Shown: positions 36,716-52,824, counted from the first letter of the stretch. The stretch: 64,000 nt of DNA from the human T2T-CHM13v2.0 reference genome, Homo sapiens (GCF_009914755.1 NC_060937.1); one strand, 5' to 3'. A program made the numbers and translations. Notes: generated by a model not told the origin, from the sequence alone.

Positions 36716-37999
36716 ATAACAAAATGCTTTTTATTTTTGTGCATCAATATAAATTCTAATAATAGATTCTTCTTAATTTAGGAGTTATATTTAAAATAAA
36801 ATTTATGGAACCCCAGAGGCAAACAAACATTTTCAGCTAATAAAGTTTATTCTCTAAGTTTGTATGTTGCGGTGTTCTGTTGACATTGTCACGAAAGGAA
36901 GCCGTCCTATATGTGTGTGAAAAAGAAAGGACATATTCAGCATGCCAGTAAGTACTCCAGGGACTACCTGCAACTGATCAGAAGGTAGCTGGATTTCCAC
37001 ACCAATTTTATCTTTGACCTCTTAACTTGGCCATTGTTTTTGTGATTCTGTGCGATGGGCACCTGTTAACTTGGAATTCCGTAGAGACCGTAGCTCTCCT
37101 TTCACTGACTTTCAATCGCACATCAGATTGTAGCAATTTTTAGCTACTATTAACCCAGTCTGGTTTCAAATTGTTGACCTGTAGGTCACAGGCCCATTAC
37201 TAATCCCTGGAGCAATTCAGTCTCTTAGTTATTATGTGTCATTTAGTAGACTTGATTCATGTGCACATCTCTTAGCAACATCAATAGAACTTCTGTGTGG
37301 AGATCAAGAGTGATGAGGGGCCCAGATTTTATTGAAAAAATACAATAGAAGAGCTGGATTAGTTCTGTGATTTTGAGGCATGACATCTCATTGATTATGA
37401 AGAAGGATCTATGTGTGCATAAAAACCAATGTGGCCATTGCACACACGAGAAAAACACAGAATTTTAGAGAAATATGGAACGTGAGGAATTTTTCCTGTT
37501 TTCCAACACAATTAATGTATACATGTAAGTGAGCTGTGCTGCTTTTAATCCTCATTTTGTAGAAACAAAGCTTCCACTTTATTAGACTTTTTACTAAGCA
37601 TGATTTTTACAGTATTCACTTTTGCAGAAAAGGCATTATTTATTCAGGTTAAATAATTCAGTGTATTATGATAGCTTTGAGACAATATTTTTATGCAATA
37701 AGCATTTAGTAGTTATAAGGATAGTTTTGAGAGAAATGCGTTATATTAGATTGGTTTTGATTAAGACGAAGAAAGTCAGTTATTAAAAAGTGGAAACATA
37801 ACAGTTAGGAAAGTATAACAGTTAGGATGGACAGAAAATAAATTGATATATGAAGGGCTGTATTAGAGAGCAATATGAACAACTGCTTTCTGTTTTCATG
37901 GAGGATACATAGTGTGAGTGCAGGGAAGGAGAATTTAGATCTAAGACAGAATATGTTAAAGAAAAAAATGGTTATATTCCAGTGAATAAAATAAGGACT

Positions 38000-38277
38000 G
38001 CAATAACAACGGGCATCTATTAAGGGCTTACTATGATGTCAGTATAACCAAAGCACTTAGCAATGCGTTAACCCATTTAAGCCTCAAAAAGCAAAATTAA
38101 ACATTCATGAAGTATTACTATGGTTTTTCTCAATCTTAAGGAAAAGGAAGGTGAGGCTTAGAAAGGCTGAATCATTTGCCCAGGGTTATTTTTGCTGACC
38201 AATCCTAGGTCCCTGATTTGAACGCAGGCAGGCAGGCAGCCTTGAGAGCCTAAGCACTTACTTAACCACTATGCCAT
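38000..38277 (-). mobile_element. MIR
   Basis: catctattaagggcttactatg...gtgaggcttagaaaggctgaatcatttgcccaggg...cttaaccactatgcca. Confidence 0.7.
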
Positions 38278-38319
38278 TGAAGAAAGTTCCTCCTGCATCC
38301 TTTAGACTGTAACTGAGAG

Positions 38320-39330
<1,011 letters not shown>

Positions 39331-42269
39331 CTTTTTCTCACTCTGTGGTCTTTTCATGGAAGCATACGAGCTAGAGGGGAATTGAATTATTATGTACCTT
39401 TCTCAAAACAACCTGTGCACTTAACTAAAATCTCAGATGCTTAGACCCTCCTCCACATCTGCTGAATGAGAATTGTTGGATTCTACAAGTCATATACCGC
39501 AGCTGGCCTGCACCTTTCCTAAGGGCTAGCCTCATCTTCATTCACCCAAAGGATGACAACAACCATGGTGACTGCCTAGCATTTGATTAGACAGTCATTC
39601 AGGGTCCCTTCCTACCCACTGATTCTAAATGCAGTTCACTGATTTAATTGTGGCTCATGACAGGATAGGTAATCAAAGCAGATGGCCCATGTTTCTACTA
39701 CATTTTTTAATTTACTGCATGACAGAACACAGATCATCTAATGGGTTTCCTGTTTTTAAAAAGTAGTTAGTCACATTTTATTTTTCTTATCCCCTCCCCT
39801 GATTTCCTTACTAGTAAAATCACACTTAGAAGCTACATAGTAAAGTGCACCAAAGAAAGCATCATTTTTCCACTTCAGGCCAGTCAGTGTTTCTTACTCA
39901 TTACCGAGTTTCTGTATTTAACCTCTCATTCCCAGAACTCACAGTCTTGATATTCCCCATGGTTTCTATGGACAAAGCTGTCCCTGAGGCAAAGTGTTCT
40001 TAGGATTTCTACTTTGGCAGTCTTCCAAGTGCTGAGTCCTAATCTTGGAAAACAACAGCAACAACAACACATTAATGTGGCATCAACTTGAGGGATCCGT
40101 GTCTCAGATGCTCATATGTGTTCATACAAGGCGTGTGTGCCTGATGGTTTCCTAATCCACAGCAAAGTACCTTTTCCCAACACAAGTAAGAAGTTAACAT
40201 CATATAATTCTTAGTGAAGCTCCTCTTCTCCTTTTTTTCACTTGAAAATGGAGAATAGAAACTCCTTTATTCTACTTAGAACATTCAAGGAAGTCTCATT
40301 GTCCTAACCTCTCTCTCCTTTTAGCTTTCTGAGAATAACAAAAGGAAATATTGGGAAGAGGTAGCTTGTGAGGGCTTTTTGGCAATTAAGAAAACAGATA
40401 TAAGTTCAGTACACACTGCTGCAAAAAGGATGAAGGGTTACCACGTTGGCAGCTAGATGGTTTCCATAGTCATTGCTTCAGAATTGTCTTCAGAAAGAAA
40501 GGATTTTTCTCTTTAATACAATTCGTTGCATCTTATAATTTTGATTTTTTTGCAAATTTCGTATAAAAGAAATATAACTATGGTTACCAAAACCCTAGTT
40601 TATTGTATCCAATTTCTAAAAATGAATACATTCTTGGCTTTATTTGAAAACAACAAAAATATTTTTATCAGAAAATGCTTTCACATAAGACAAATTTTCT
40701 AGTGAACATAGGATGCCCAGAATTGATGTTTTTTTCACTCTTAAAAAGGTTATTAAAAGATACTTCAGTGAGCAATGAATAAAGAACCTAATATGTTTAC
40801 GCCATTATTTATATTGATCTAATGGAAAGCTAGAGGAGAAGGCAAAGGAACGGAAGATATTTGCCCCCGTTAAGTATCACCAGTCACTGAGGAAGCAAAT
40901 CTTTCTGTACCTCTTAGTAAACTGTAAGCTGCTCTTGGTAATAGGAGAGCTTGATAAGCTATAACTTTATTTGCACCTTACACAGTAACACCATATACAA
41001 TCAAAACAGAAATAAAAGGCACTTTAACTTGAGCACTTTCACTAAACATAAATATGCATTTTATTTTATCAGGCTGGGATTTGAGATGGACTCATTCATT
41101 ATGATTGTTTTTCTCTTATGGATTATCTTTTTTGTTCAATTGTTTTCAATTGAATTTCAATTCAATCTCATATTTCAGTTAACATTATGTATTATTTCTA
41201 AAAGTATGATGAATTGTAATGATACTTCTGTAATTTTAATGTGTTTTTATGCATTTTAATAGCAGAGGTATAGTAGTTTGTCATGAAGAATACTATTGCC
41301 TATGCTAAGAAGCACTAAATAAGTCTTTTTCTACATAGAAATGCAGCAAGTGTACATTTTTTAGTTTATTTCAGTCTGCCAAGGCAAGACATATGCTATT
41401 TTTCTTTGTATTAATTTTCTCTTCTATTTAATACAGCAACTTCAATTGTTTCCAAGCCAATTTTATTTTGTCTTAATTTTATTTAAAATATTCATCCATT
41501 AACTTAATTTTTATCTTTTCCCATTTTTTAATTTAATAAATAAAGTCACAAAATTTTCTCTCCTTAGCCTGAGGATGTAAATAAATATACAAATATATAA
41601 TGACTGTGAATAGAATTGAATAGAAACATTAGTCAGTAGAAAGGATTGAAGAAATAGCATGTTATAAGGCAAAGGGAGAAAAGCCAGCTTCAATCAGTGG
41701 AGCATGGCACAAATTCATAATATATATCACTTCTCTACTTAATAAATCATATTTAATGAAGTTATCTTTTATGTAACCATTACTCATATATTCAGTAATT
41801 TTGTCTGTCAGTAAACTATTCAGTTAACAAAAAATAAAAAGTAGGTCAAGAATACTGTACAACATATTGATATACTAAGAACTTCATATAAAATGATCAT
41901 ACCAATATTGTAAAGTGCTTATTTAATTTTATTTCTCTTAATTAAAATTTTTTCTGAATTACTCATTTTATATTCTATATATTATTCAGTTTTTCACTTC
42001 AAAATGATTATCATCTTAATACACTGGTATCATGAATCAGAATATAATAGCGAATGTTTTGATTTGGCACAAGGCATATACATTCTAAAATTGACTATAA
42101 CAATAAGCCAAGATATTAAAAATTGAGCAATGTGAAATATAAAAGTCTGCATTTAAAGTAAAATTGTCAACTGGAAATTTCCATATAGTAGGACTGCATG
42201 GCTAAATAGAAGGAAATTTTTAAATAAAAAATTTAAAGGACTTAATGAATTTTTTGCTCTAGTTTCATT

Positions 42270-42870
42270 ATATACCAACACTATGTCAGGAGTGCCAAAA
42301 TGATTATAGTGTTTTTAAACTTGTAGTATTAGGAGTAGAGCACATGAATCAAAGGAAAACAGCTATCTGTTCTCCACTACTGAGACTATGCTCAGGCCTT
42401 GGCTCATTTGAGCAAGAGCTAAAAACCCTGTGAGCAGAAAATGAAGTCAAGAACAACAAAGGATTTAGGAACAACAGAAAACGAGGCTCATCTGAGGAAA
42501 GCAAGGGTGGCACTCTCTCAAAGGTAGGTGAACATGCTGACTGTTCTGAAATATTTATATAATGGTCATATAAAGAATGCTATGCTTTCTCAGTGTAGAT
42601 GTTAAAAACAAAACTAAATGCAGAAGTAGAAATTACATGAATACAGAATTTTGCTGACCTACCTAAGAATTTACTGCAATTCAAGTAATGCAGTCATGGA
42701 ATGGACTTTATTGATGGCATCCATCTTCCTGTTTCTGGATGGACCAACAGTATTGGATACTTCAGATGAGGTTGTGATTTTCATTGTGTTTTGTTGTTGT
42801 TGTTGTTGTTTGTTTGTTTGTTTTTAGTGGGGGCAGAAGCTATGGTTGACTTCTAAGGTAACTTCACTAA
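42270..42870 (+). mobile_element. L3/CR1 fragment
   Basis: agtgccaaaatg..., gaaatatttatataatggtcatataaagaa, catggaatggac...ttcctgtttctgga. Confidence 0.4.
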
Positions 42871-42939
42871 TAAATACCTTCAATCTGGCTTTCTTTGTTT
42901 TTCGTCTTACTGTTCATTCTGAATCTACTCTATCGCTAG

Positions 42940-43530
42940 CCTTCAACAGACCAGAAGACTTCAAATCCGCTTGACCTGTTTCTCTGACTTTGCATCTCCA
43001 AGTGCTCAGCAAATCCACTGAGATCTTCTTCAAGATACCCAGAGCATGACTACCATCCACCTCCTCCTGCTACCAGCAGGTGTCTGTTTCTTTCCTGTCT
43101 CTCCAACAATGATCATTACCAAACTGCTAGAGCAATTTTTTTAAAACTTCAATAGCTCCCAATTTCCTTCAAACTAAAACCAAAGTTATTCACATAGGGA
43201 AAAAAAAAAACCCTCATCTTTTCCATGTTTTGGTTCATACATCATTTTCTCAATGAGATCTGACTTGACAAACTTTAATTAAAGATTTCACCTCAGCCAT
43301 TTGCTTCCCTGAGCAGCGCTCCTAATTCACTATTCTTTGTTGTCCAGTTTTATATCTCCATAGCATTTATTACCGTTTACTATACTATGTGTTATGTATT
43401 ACCTCTTTTTTTTTTCTCTCGTGGCTGAAATATAGGCAGAGATCATTTTCTGGTTGGTTCACTGATGTATCCTAAATGCCCCAAATAGCTTGTCACTTAA
43501 AAAGTAACTGGTACATATCTGTTGAATAAA
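42940..43530 (+). mobile_element. L2 fragment
   Basis: cattttctcaatgag...ctccatagcatttattacc...gttcactgatgtatcctaaatgcc...tgttgaataaat. Confidence 0.6.
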
Positions 43531-43611
43531 TTGTTATTTTTCTCATGTTGTGAAGATGTTTGTGTCCCTAGGCTTTAGTATTTTTCAACTATGTTGTAAG
43601 TTTTACCCATG

Positions 43612-43920
43612 CATATTTTAATAAAGGTATACTTTATATAGTGTAAAATGCACAAACCTTAAGCACATATTTCAAAGATTTTTTGACAAGTGAATATATC
43701 CATGTAACCTACCATTCTATCAAGTTATAATGCGGTACAAATGTTAATTTCATTTCTATTGCTATTAATTAGTTTGGCATATTCTAGAACATATGTAATC
43801 ATGACATGAAATCAAACAGTACGTACACTTTTGTATTTTTTCACTCAGTCTTATGTCTGAGTCTCACTCAGGCTGTTGCATGCATCCGTTGCTTTTTCTT
43901 GGTATAATTTATATTTTTCT
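43612..43920 (-). mobile_element. L1ME-type 3' end
   Basis: gtaaaatgcacaaaccttaag...tttgacaagtgaatatatccatgtaacc...ttcactcag. Confidence 0.65.
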
Positions 43921-46900
43921 TATTTTCATTCCAGTATACAAACTGCAGCTTGCAAATTAGAATTCTCACCTTTAGATTTTTTCCAAGGGATTAATTTGTC
44001 TTTCTACTGCTGGCCTTATAGATGTATGTCATTTAGCATATTTGATATAAGCAACATGCTGATTGATAGGCACACAAGCACAGTGTTTGAGATGAGTACA
44101 ATGGAGCGGCTGGAGGGTTTGCTTCTATGATTACCAATTTTTCCTCTTGTTTACATGTGTTTCATCTCTCAAAGCAGTGATGGATGAAAATGTGTATGGA
44201 TCTATCCAATCTGTCCCAGTACTTTATATCCTTTGATTGTCTTAAAAGCTCCAGGTGCTATTTGCGCTCAGAGCATCACCTCGTCCACTTCTGTTTCCAA
44301 GGCTTCCTGGCATTATTCATTTTGTTTAACAAATATCATTCGTGACGTTCATATTTCTAGCAACTCTGGCAAATTTATATAAAAGGAGCCTATGTTGTTC
44401 CTGTAACCTGACTTGAAGTAATTCTGAAAATTAATTTCCAATGCAACTTTTGCCATTTGTGGTGAACTGGATTCAGGCTGAGGTGATTTTATCAAAATTC
44501 TGAACCTGGTGCTGGCCTCACCTACTGTCCACTTAACTGCAGTAAGCTTTCAATGCACAGAAGTGAGGAATAGGGCTTTTAATTGTTAGAAGATTATCGT
44601 CTAATGATATAATTTTGTAGATATTTCTTTCTCTACCTTAAAACCCTTTCTCACATGTAACCAATTCAAACAAATCTTATTTTTAAATAGGCCATTATAT
44701 CATGAGTGGCAAATGTAATGATGCAAATAAGTACAGTATTTGAATGTAAATGAACTGGCATTATTTTTAAAAGTAAATGTAATTATGGAAATTGACCTTT
44801 GGCACTGTAATATCACTAAAAGCCTTTTTTTAATTAAAAAAATGATTTGTAGATTCAAGAGATATGGGAATATTTATCGTGAAACTTGAAGTCAGGTTTT
44901 AAGAAATGGTCCATAGCTGTCTCCTTTTTCCCCTTCAGAGATGATGACACAAACACAAAATACTCCAGGCTAATTGTTTTAGTAGTAAATTTAAATATTT
45001 CAGAAGTTACTGAAAAAGTATTTGAACAGAGAAAAGCATTTCTACTTTCAAGCAGGTTTGGCAAAATGATCCAATGACAGTTTAAGCTGTCATGGATCAG
45101 AACAGAGAAAGGGCTAGACCAGGAGATGTTCCACCATTGAGAACACATATTCCAAATGTTCTAAAAAGTGTCTTGAAACCAAGTCACACAAATTTCAGAG
45201 GACTTTGAAAATAAGGGTTGCAATGGTAAAGAGAAAACTGGTTATAAACTGGAGAACAATGTAGGAAGTGAGGATTCTAGAGAAGTTGACTCAAAACTGC
45301 AAGAAGAATTGGAATAGTTGGAAGTTTGGAAAAATAATATCAGAAGGCAATAAGAGACAGCAAGAAGATGTTCAGTAGTGAGCAGATCAGGAAAGTGTGC
45401 ATAAGCTCCAGTGGTCAATTCTTTCTCAAACTCCAATATTCAGGTAGACATACAGTGCAGTACATATGTCAGCAGGCCGTGTGGCTGTTTCATGTGTTTT
45501 TCAGTGATTGAAGAAGTTGGAGAATAGTATATAGGGACTCCTTTTCATTCCTTGATAATATCTTCCTAGATTTTTAGGCCCAGAGCTGACGGTATGTTTC
45601 AGCAAGATCATTCTTATTGATAATTAAAAAATAGATAGAGGGAGAAGCTACTCTTTGACTCAAGCATAAAAATGAGCCACGTGTCAGTGGACATGCATTC
45701 TGATCTTTCCCCTAGTCCGTTAAGAAAAGGGAAAAATTAGGCAAAGGATTTTACAGTGGAAATAGCTGCGTTAAGTATATTCATTTTTCTCTTTGTCTTA
45801 ATTGAATTGTCTTTTTTGAAAACTGATAGAGAACATATCTGTTTACTTTTTTATATATGCACGCCATAAGCAGCAACTATATTTAAAACATTTAATCTCT
45901 CGTATTTAACATAAGTTCAATTAATATGCATGTTGGTATCAGTTATATGTATGTACTTCAATTTATAAATAAGCAAGAATACACAAATTCAGAAAAGGAC
46001 ACCAGCTTTATTTGAGACTTATGAATATAGTTTTCCCTCAATCAAAATATATCACTTCTAAAAGTCAAGTTTACATTCCGTTAGCTGTGTCTGTGACATG
46101 TTGGCATGTCATCAGTAGAGAGGATAGACTTGACAGGGTGACTTTGTGACAGATTTCATTAAAAATAAAATATTCTTTAAGAATAAGGGCAAAATCGAAA
46201 AAACAAATGAGACAGGTGAAGTAAATAGCCTGCCTTGAAATTGAGAGAACTTTCTTTTTTAACAACTCTGTTTTCCTGATGAGACACAGGCCTCTGCTTT
46301 GTAAAGACCCAGTGTTTTCAATGCAGTAGCCTCATGGAATTACTCTGCTCCTAGGTATTTGTGGCAATGAATAGCAATGTGCGTGTGTATAAAGAAGTAA
46401 ATGGTGTGCACAAAATGGCCTTTTAAATCACTGCCTACAGGTATTTTAAAATATTGACTTTCTTGCAACGATAAATTCACTTTTTGGGTTCTCAGCCACC
46501 ATCTGAATTCCAATGTGATGTAAATGAAGAAGCGACTCTCCGTGATTGGCATTCTCCTACTCACTGCCAGCCTCTCACTGGGCAGCCACATGTGGAATGC
46601 CACTGATTTGTATGCAGTCCTAAATCATCCTATCTACCAGCGAGCTCTGTGGCAGGTGTATTTGACCACAGCCTCTGGTAGCATTCAGTAAGTAATTTCT
46701 TGCTGAGCCGTTTACTCAAGCCCTTGACTTTTTGACTGTTTGCTAATGGCTCTGCAAACTGAGGCTGTAAAATATACCCAAAGTCATTCTCCTTTCTCTG
46801 TTCTTCATTATACCCTCCTCAGGCTAGTTTTAGACAACTGGTTTTCTTCTTGTAAGAGATATAGGTTTGATATTTTAATTTTAATTTTTCAACTAGATGG

Positions 46901-48389
46901 AAGCACAAAGATGGGTTACATTTTTAAAACTACTATACTTCATATTGTTTAAAGGTTCTACAGTTTATAAAGATCATCTTGATCTTACCAAAATATTGAC
47001 AATAAATAAAGGGCAAATTATTACAACTTAATCTTCATAGGTAAGATTTTTAGTACATGTTCATGAGAAAAATTGTCCTATAGGTATAATACAGGCACGT
47101 AGATACATATATAATGTTGTGGTCTTTGAAACATTGAAAGTGCTGAGAATATCCATATAGAAGTAAAGACAATAACTAAGCATTGGAGATTTTCTTTCTC
47201 TAGGGTACACTGGAGTAAATTTATTACTTCAGTAAAATAATTATTTTAAAGTATTCCTTTTAAAAGTGTACAGAATTCCAGACTTGCTCATTTGTGGCAT
47301 ATGTGTTTTCTCTTAATTTCTTTTCATTGATCTGATTTGCCAGAATTAGTTGGGGGTAAGTATTATAAACTCAAATAAATAAAATAACACTAAATATAAC
47401 GTTTAATTTACTTATGACATGCTAAAATTTTTAAAGATAATGTTCAACAAGGCAATTATTTTTAAAAGGTCCTTTACAATGTACTAAGAGATGCATCTCC
47501 AGGAAACCAGATCTGATGTGTGCTCAGGCTATCTTCTGGTTGAATGTCTCATGAGAGAAAGCCTTTAATGGCAAGTTTAACCCTTAACATTTACACCAAA
47601 CTCTTTAATTGATAACAAATTCACAAGGGAACATGCAACAGATACATTTTCAATGTTCTGTGACATAGCTGGGATTCCCTGAAAGAAAACTACTAACTCT
47701 TATAGAATGTCTTAGAGATTGGTTTTCTCAGGTGACAGGCACTGCGGGAGCTTTAGTTATGAACAAATAAAACATGTAAGGTTACTGACTAAAGAAATGA
47801 CCATTAGTTTCCTCTGGATGTGTTCAGTCATTCTTGTGAATTCAGTTGTATTCAGTTATATTCTCAGTTTTGAATACATAAAAGAGCAATACACTGCTTT
47901 ATCCACTATTTCATACAAGTGCTTAAATACGTTGGTATGCAGGTCTCACAACAAGATCAACCTGTTGCAAATTTCATACCTGGCCTCTATAATGTAAATG
48001 AAAGATTTTAAAAATCTATCAGGCATAACTGACTACTTTCTATCCATGAGTTAACATATTTAACGTTCTTAACAAGCACAATATGGCTCACAGTAACACT
48101 ATATAAGTCTCGGCTGTTACTATTTTGGCTGTTACTACTTTAGGTCAAATACTGAGGTAGGCAGATTTTCTCAGGTCTCTGGTCATGCTCATAATCTAAA
48201 GAGAGATGAGTAAATTCTCCCCATATAACTAGTTTAGTCTCCCTCTCCTTTTTACATTCTATCTTCCTCTTGGGTGATTGCAATAGTTCACCGGATGAAC
48301 AATTTAACACTCTAGCTTCCTAGAAACTCCACTCTTTCAAATGCAATAGCGTACACCTGCAATGTTGCATCATTAAAATAGTACACTGG

Positions 48390-51300
48390 TCATTTTTTAA
48401 AATAAAAATATAATTCAGTTTCTGAGCATTTTGACAAATTTATACAACTAAGAATCAACCCCAATAAAAGTATATAACATGTCTTTATATGATATGCATA
48501 TATATGTAAAGATATATATATCTTTATATGAAGATATATATATATATGGAACCCTTTACCTCCTTTCACTGAATCTCCATAAGCCATTGGTAACTATTGC
48601 TCTAATTTCTGATTTTGCTTATTCTTCATATAGATGAAATCAAAAAGGATATATTTTATATAAATTGAATTATAAAGCCTAAATTCTTTAGTCTGGGTTC
48701 TTTTGTTTAGCATAATGTTTTTGAGGCATAGGCCATGCCCACTCTTGTTTTTATGCCAAATATCATGCTTTGAAATGACATACCATAATTTATTTATTCA
48801 TTCTTCTGTTTATCAACACTTGTGGTGATCCAGCTTTTGACTATTACACTAAAGCTATCAGAAATACTTTTGAAAAAGTCTTTTTGTGGACTTACGTTTT
48901 CATTACTCTTGGATAAACACCTGTGACTGAAATTGTTGAGCTATGGGGTTAATATGTGGTTAGCTGTGTAAGGAACTTCTAGAGACCTTTCTAAAATGAT
49001 GGTATAATTTTATATGTTATCAGAAATGTTATGAAACCTCCAGTTGCTCCACTTCGTGAACAATGCTTAATATTGTAATAGTTTGTAATTTTAGACATTT
49101 TAATGGATGAAAAATTGTTTAATTTGCATTTTTCTAATAACTAATCATTTTTTCATGAGTGTATTCATATTTTTTTCTATTGTGTCCATTAAGTCTTTTG
49201 CTTTTTTATTTGGTTGTATGTCTTCTTGTTAATGAGTCATAAGAGTTTTTTACATATTCTGAAAATGATTTGCTTCATATTAAAGTATTAGGAATATTTT
49301 CTCACATGCTGTAGCTTGGCAGTTTATTTTCTTTATAGCCCCTTTCAAAGAGCATTTTAATGAAGTCAAGTTTATCAATATTTTCTTTTCTTATTTATGC
49401 TTATTGTGTCCTAACTTAGAAACAATTACTTACTCTAAGTGTGCAAAAATATTCTATTTTTTTTTCCTAAAAGCTTAATAGTGTTAGCTTTTTCCATTAA
49501 GGTCAGAATCTATTTTGATTTTGCTTGTGTGCATGGTGTGAGTAAAGTAAATCATTGGATTTTTTTTCTGAACATATCCACTTTTTCCAGCACCATTTGT
49601 TAAAATAACTTTTATTTAACCATTGAACTGCCTTGGCACCTTTGGCAAAATCAATTCACTATGTATTTGTGTATTTATTTCCGTGTACTGTTTTGTTCCT
49701 TTAATATATCTGTCTACCTTAATTTCATTACCACACTGCCTTAATTACTATAGCCTTATAGTCATTTTGAAACCAAATAGTGTCAACCCTCACACTTTGC
49801 TGTTCTTTTTTTAAATTTGCTGCAGTTATTCTTCATCTTCCTAATTTCCATATGCATTGTCAAGCCAACTTCCAACACCTACAAAATGTCCTGCAAGAAT
49901 TCTGATTGGGTTTGAAGTAAGCCTATAGATCTACTTCAGAGAACTGACCTTATGATATTGAGGCTTTCAGTCTATGGATAGGGTGTGTTTTCATCTCTAC
50001 ATGTTTTAGTTTTTATTTTGTTGTTACGTTAGTGATTGTCTCTAATTTCAGTCTAGGAATCTTTCATATCTTAAGTTGAATTTATTCCTAAATACTTTGG
50101 TTTTGGCACTATTATAAATGCATTTTTATTTCATTTTCCTATTGTTTGCTGCTAGTATACAAAAGTGCAATTGCCATTAGTTTATTAACCTTGTATCCTT
50201 CGACAATTCTACACTAATTTATTAGTTCGAGTACTTTTGTAAATTTCTTAAGGTTTCTTGTATGAACAATTATGGCATCTGAAAATGGAGACAGCTTTAC
50301 TTCTTTTCCAATCTGAACGTCTTTTCCCCTCCTTGGATTATTGCCACAGTTAGGATCTCCAGTACAATGTTGGGTGTAAATTAGGAGTGAGAAATTTTGT
50401 TGTATTGGGGAATTGAGGGAAAAGTATCCATTATTTAACCTCTAATTATTCCCTTTATCAGCATGAGGGAGCGTCCTTCCGTTCTTAGTTTGGGAAGGAT
50501 GAAAAAGTTTTACTTAATTTATTACATTTATGAATTTTAAATGATAGGACATTTTCTTCTATGTACTGCTTGAGTTCCATTTTATATATTTTGATATGTT
50601 GTATCTTAAATGCAACAATTAAAACATTTTCTGATTTCTCTAGTCTTTAACCCAAGTATTATTTAAAAGTGTATTTTTAAATTTTAAAACACGTCCAGAC
50701 ACTCAAAATATGTTTCTAAAATCTTATAGTTATTGATTTTTAATTTAATTCCATTGCGGTCAGAAAATATACTGTGTGTGACTTCAATTTTTTTTTAATT
50801 TGGGGGAACTTATTTGATGTGGATCAATATATTAGTCTATATTAGTAAATATAACAGTGTGCACTTGAAAAAAATATTGTTTCTGCAGTTATTGGGGGCA
50901 ATGCTCTATAGATATTAATTAAGCTATCAGTATTTCCCTAATATTTTTGACATATATTGTACCAACTGCTTAAAGATATATAACTGACATATATTGTACT
51001 AACTGCTACTATGATTAAGGACACAATCTTTAATGTTGTCCATTTTTGTTTTACATATTGAAAATTTTTAGTAGGCAAATCTACATTTTTGATTGTTTTG
51101 TCTTCTTGAAAATTGATCCTTTTGTGATTATGAACTGGCAATCTTCATCTTTGTCTGGATGACTAATTTATCTAATATTGTGACCACTCCAGACTTTTCA
51201 TATTTATTATCTACTTGACAGTTATTTTATCTATTTACTTTTAACTGATTGGTGTATTATGTTTGTATTTAAAATGCATCTTATGACAGCATATAATTGT

Positions 51301-52320
51301 GTTTTGCATGTTAATTGACTCTAATAATTTCTGTTTTAATGGAAAACTTACATCATTAAGATCTGGTATGATTATTTTTATCATTGCATTCAGGTCTACT
51401 AATTTATTACTTATTTTCTATTTTTACTCTATTTTCTATGTTTTCTCTGTTTTGAAGTCTTTGAATAATATTTAGAATTAGATTTTAACTCACCTCTTGA
51501 CTTTTTGCCTATTGGTTTTATATTTTTTAGTAATTCTGCTAGAGATTACTGTATACTTCCTTATTTTTTTCGACAATCTTTTGCTATTCTACCATCTCAC
51601 GTGACATTTAGAAAAATTGCAACCATGTGGGTGTATTGACCACTGCATCATCTTTCATCTTATGTAGTATATCAATAGTCATTGGAAACCCCACAAGAAA
51701 ATGTTATATTTTTTCTTTAAAGGATGTAAGTATTTTAAACAAATAGAAAACACAGTCTTTTATATTTGTCTATATGTTTACAGTTCTGATGCTTTTTATT
51801 TATTTCTGAAGATAGCACATTTCCCTCTGGTATCATTTCCCTTCAGCCTTAACAACTGCCTTTAACATTACAATGCAGGTCTGATTCTCTGATTATCTTT
51901 GCAGGTGGCAAATTATCTTTGTTCTTCTTTACTCGTGGTTGTCTATATTTTACCGTCATTCTTGAAGGGTATTTTTGCTGGATAGAATTCTGGTGACAGT
52001 TTGCTTACTTTCAGCATTTAAAGGAGAACTTTTCAATAATCATAAAATTAGATTTACCTAATGTTTGAAGTTTTTAGCCATTCTGTTTACAAGGACTTTT
52101 TGCTGACCTATTTTCTCTCTCTTGTCCTTTGGAACTGCAAGTACCCACAGTTTAGATCTATTGAGGTTACTAGTAGAGTCCCTGAGACCCTGACTATTTT
52201 TAATTCAATCTTTTTTCCCTTCTTTGGCTGAGATAATTCGTATTGATCTAACTTCAAGTTCATTGTCTTCTCTGTCATCTCCGTTCTTTTATTAATCAAT
52301 TTAGTAAAATTTATATTATA
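48390..52320 (-). mobile_element. Old L1 (L1ME/L1MD-type), ~4 kb with internal deletions
   Basis: ttccagcaccatttgttaaaa, tgtttgctgctagtata, taggatctccagtacaatgttg, ttgaagggtatttttgctggatagaattctgg are antisense L1 ORF2/ORF1 motifs. Confidence 0.85.
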
Positions 52321-52824
52321 GTTTTTTTCTATGTATTTTAGGTGGTGATGTCTCCACTACTAGACACAAAGAGGAAACCCATGAGTGGGGCTAAGCTGGT
52401 CAGTTCAGCTGCCTTCCATCCCCTTTCTTGCCCCAGTGATGAGTTTAGAAAAGGGCAGGTTGTTTCGTGATAGCAGTCCTCATTTCTTTGAATTTCCTTT
52501 TCTGCCTCTGGGAAAAGAGCACTCTTCACTTCTGGCCTCAGGGTTGTTATATATGATCCTGAACTTCAAAAGTAGTAATTATTTTAAAATGTAATAATCA
52601 TGCCACATCTCTGTTCTAAACCTTCTAACCATTTTCTGTCTCACTGGAATGTGAGCAAATATTCTTTTTATAACATAAATAGCTCTAGATTATTTCATCG
52701 CCTGAACTCTTTTTCTTTCTCTTCCCCACCACTATGCACCTTGATCACTGGTCCAGACACACTGGCTTCTTCAGTCTTTCTCAATCACATCAGACAAGTG
52801 CTGGCTTCAGAATGTTTTCCCCAG

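Noticed and set aside
47020-47046. Second AG|GTAAGA recursive-site-like motif
   Set aside because: The polypyrimidine tract is weak and such motifs arise by chance in 64 kb.
50949-51007. 22 bp direct repeat gacatatattgtac(c/t)aactgct (similar small duplications at ~18670, ~31420, ~37800, ~48112)
   Set aside because: Ordinary local slippage or duplication events with no wider pattern.
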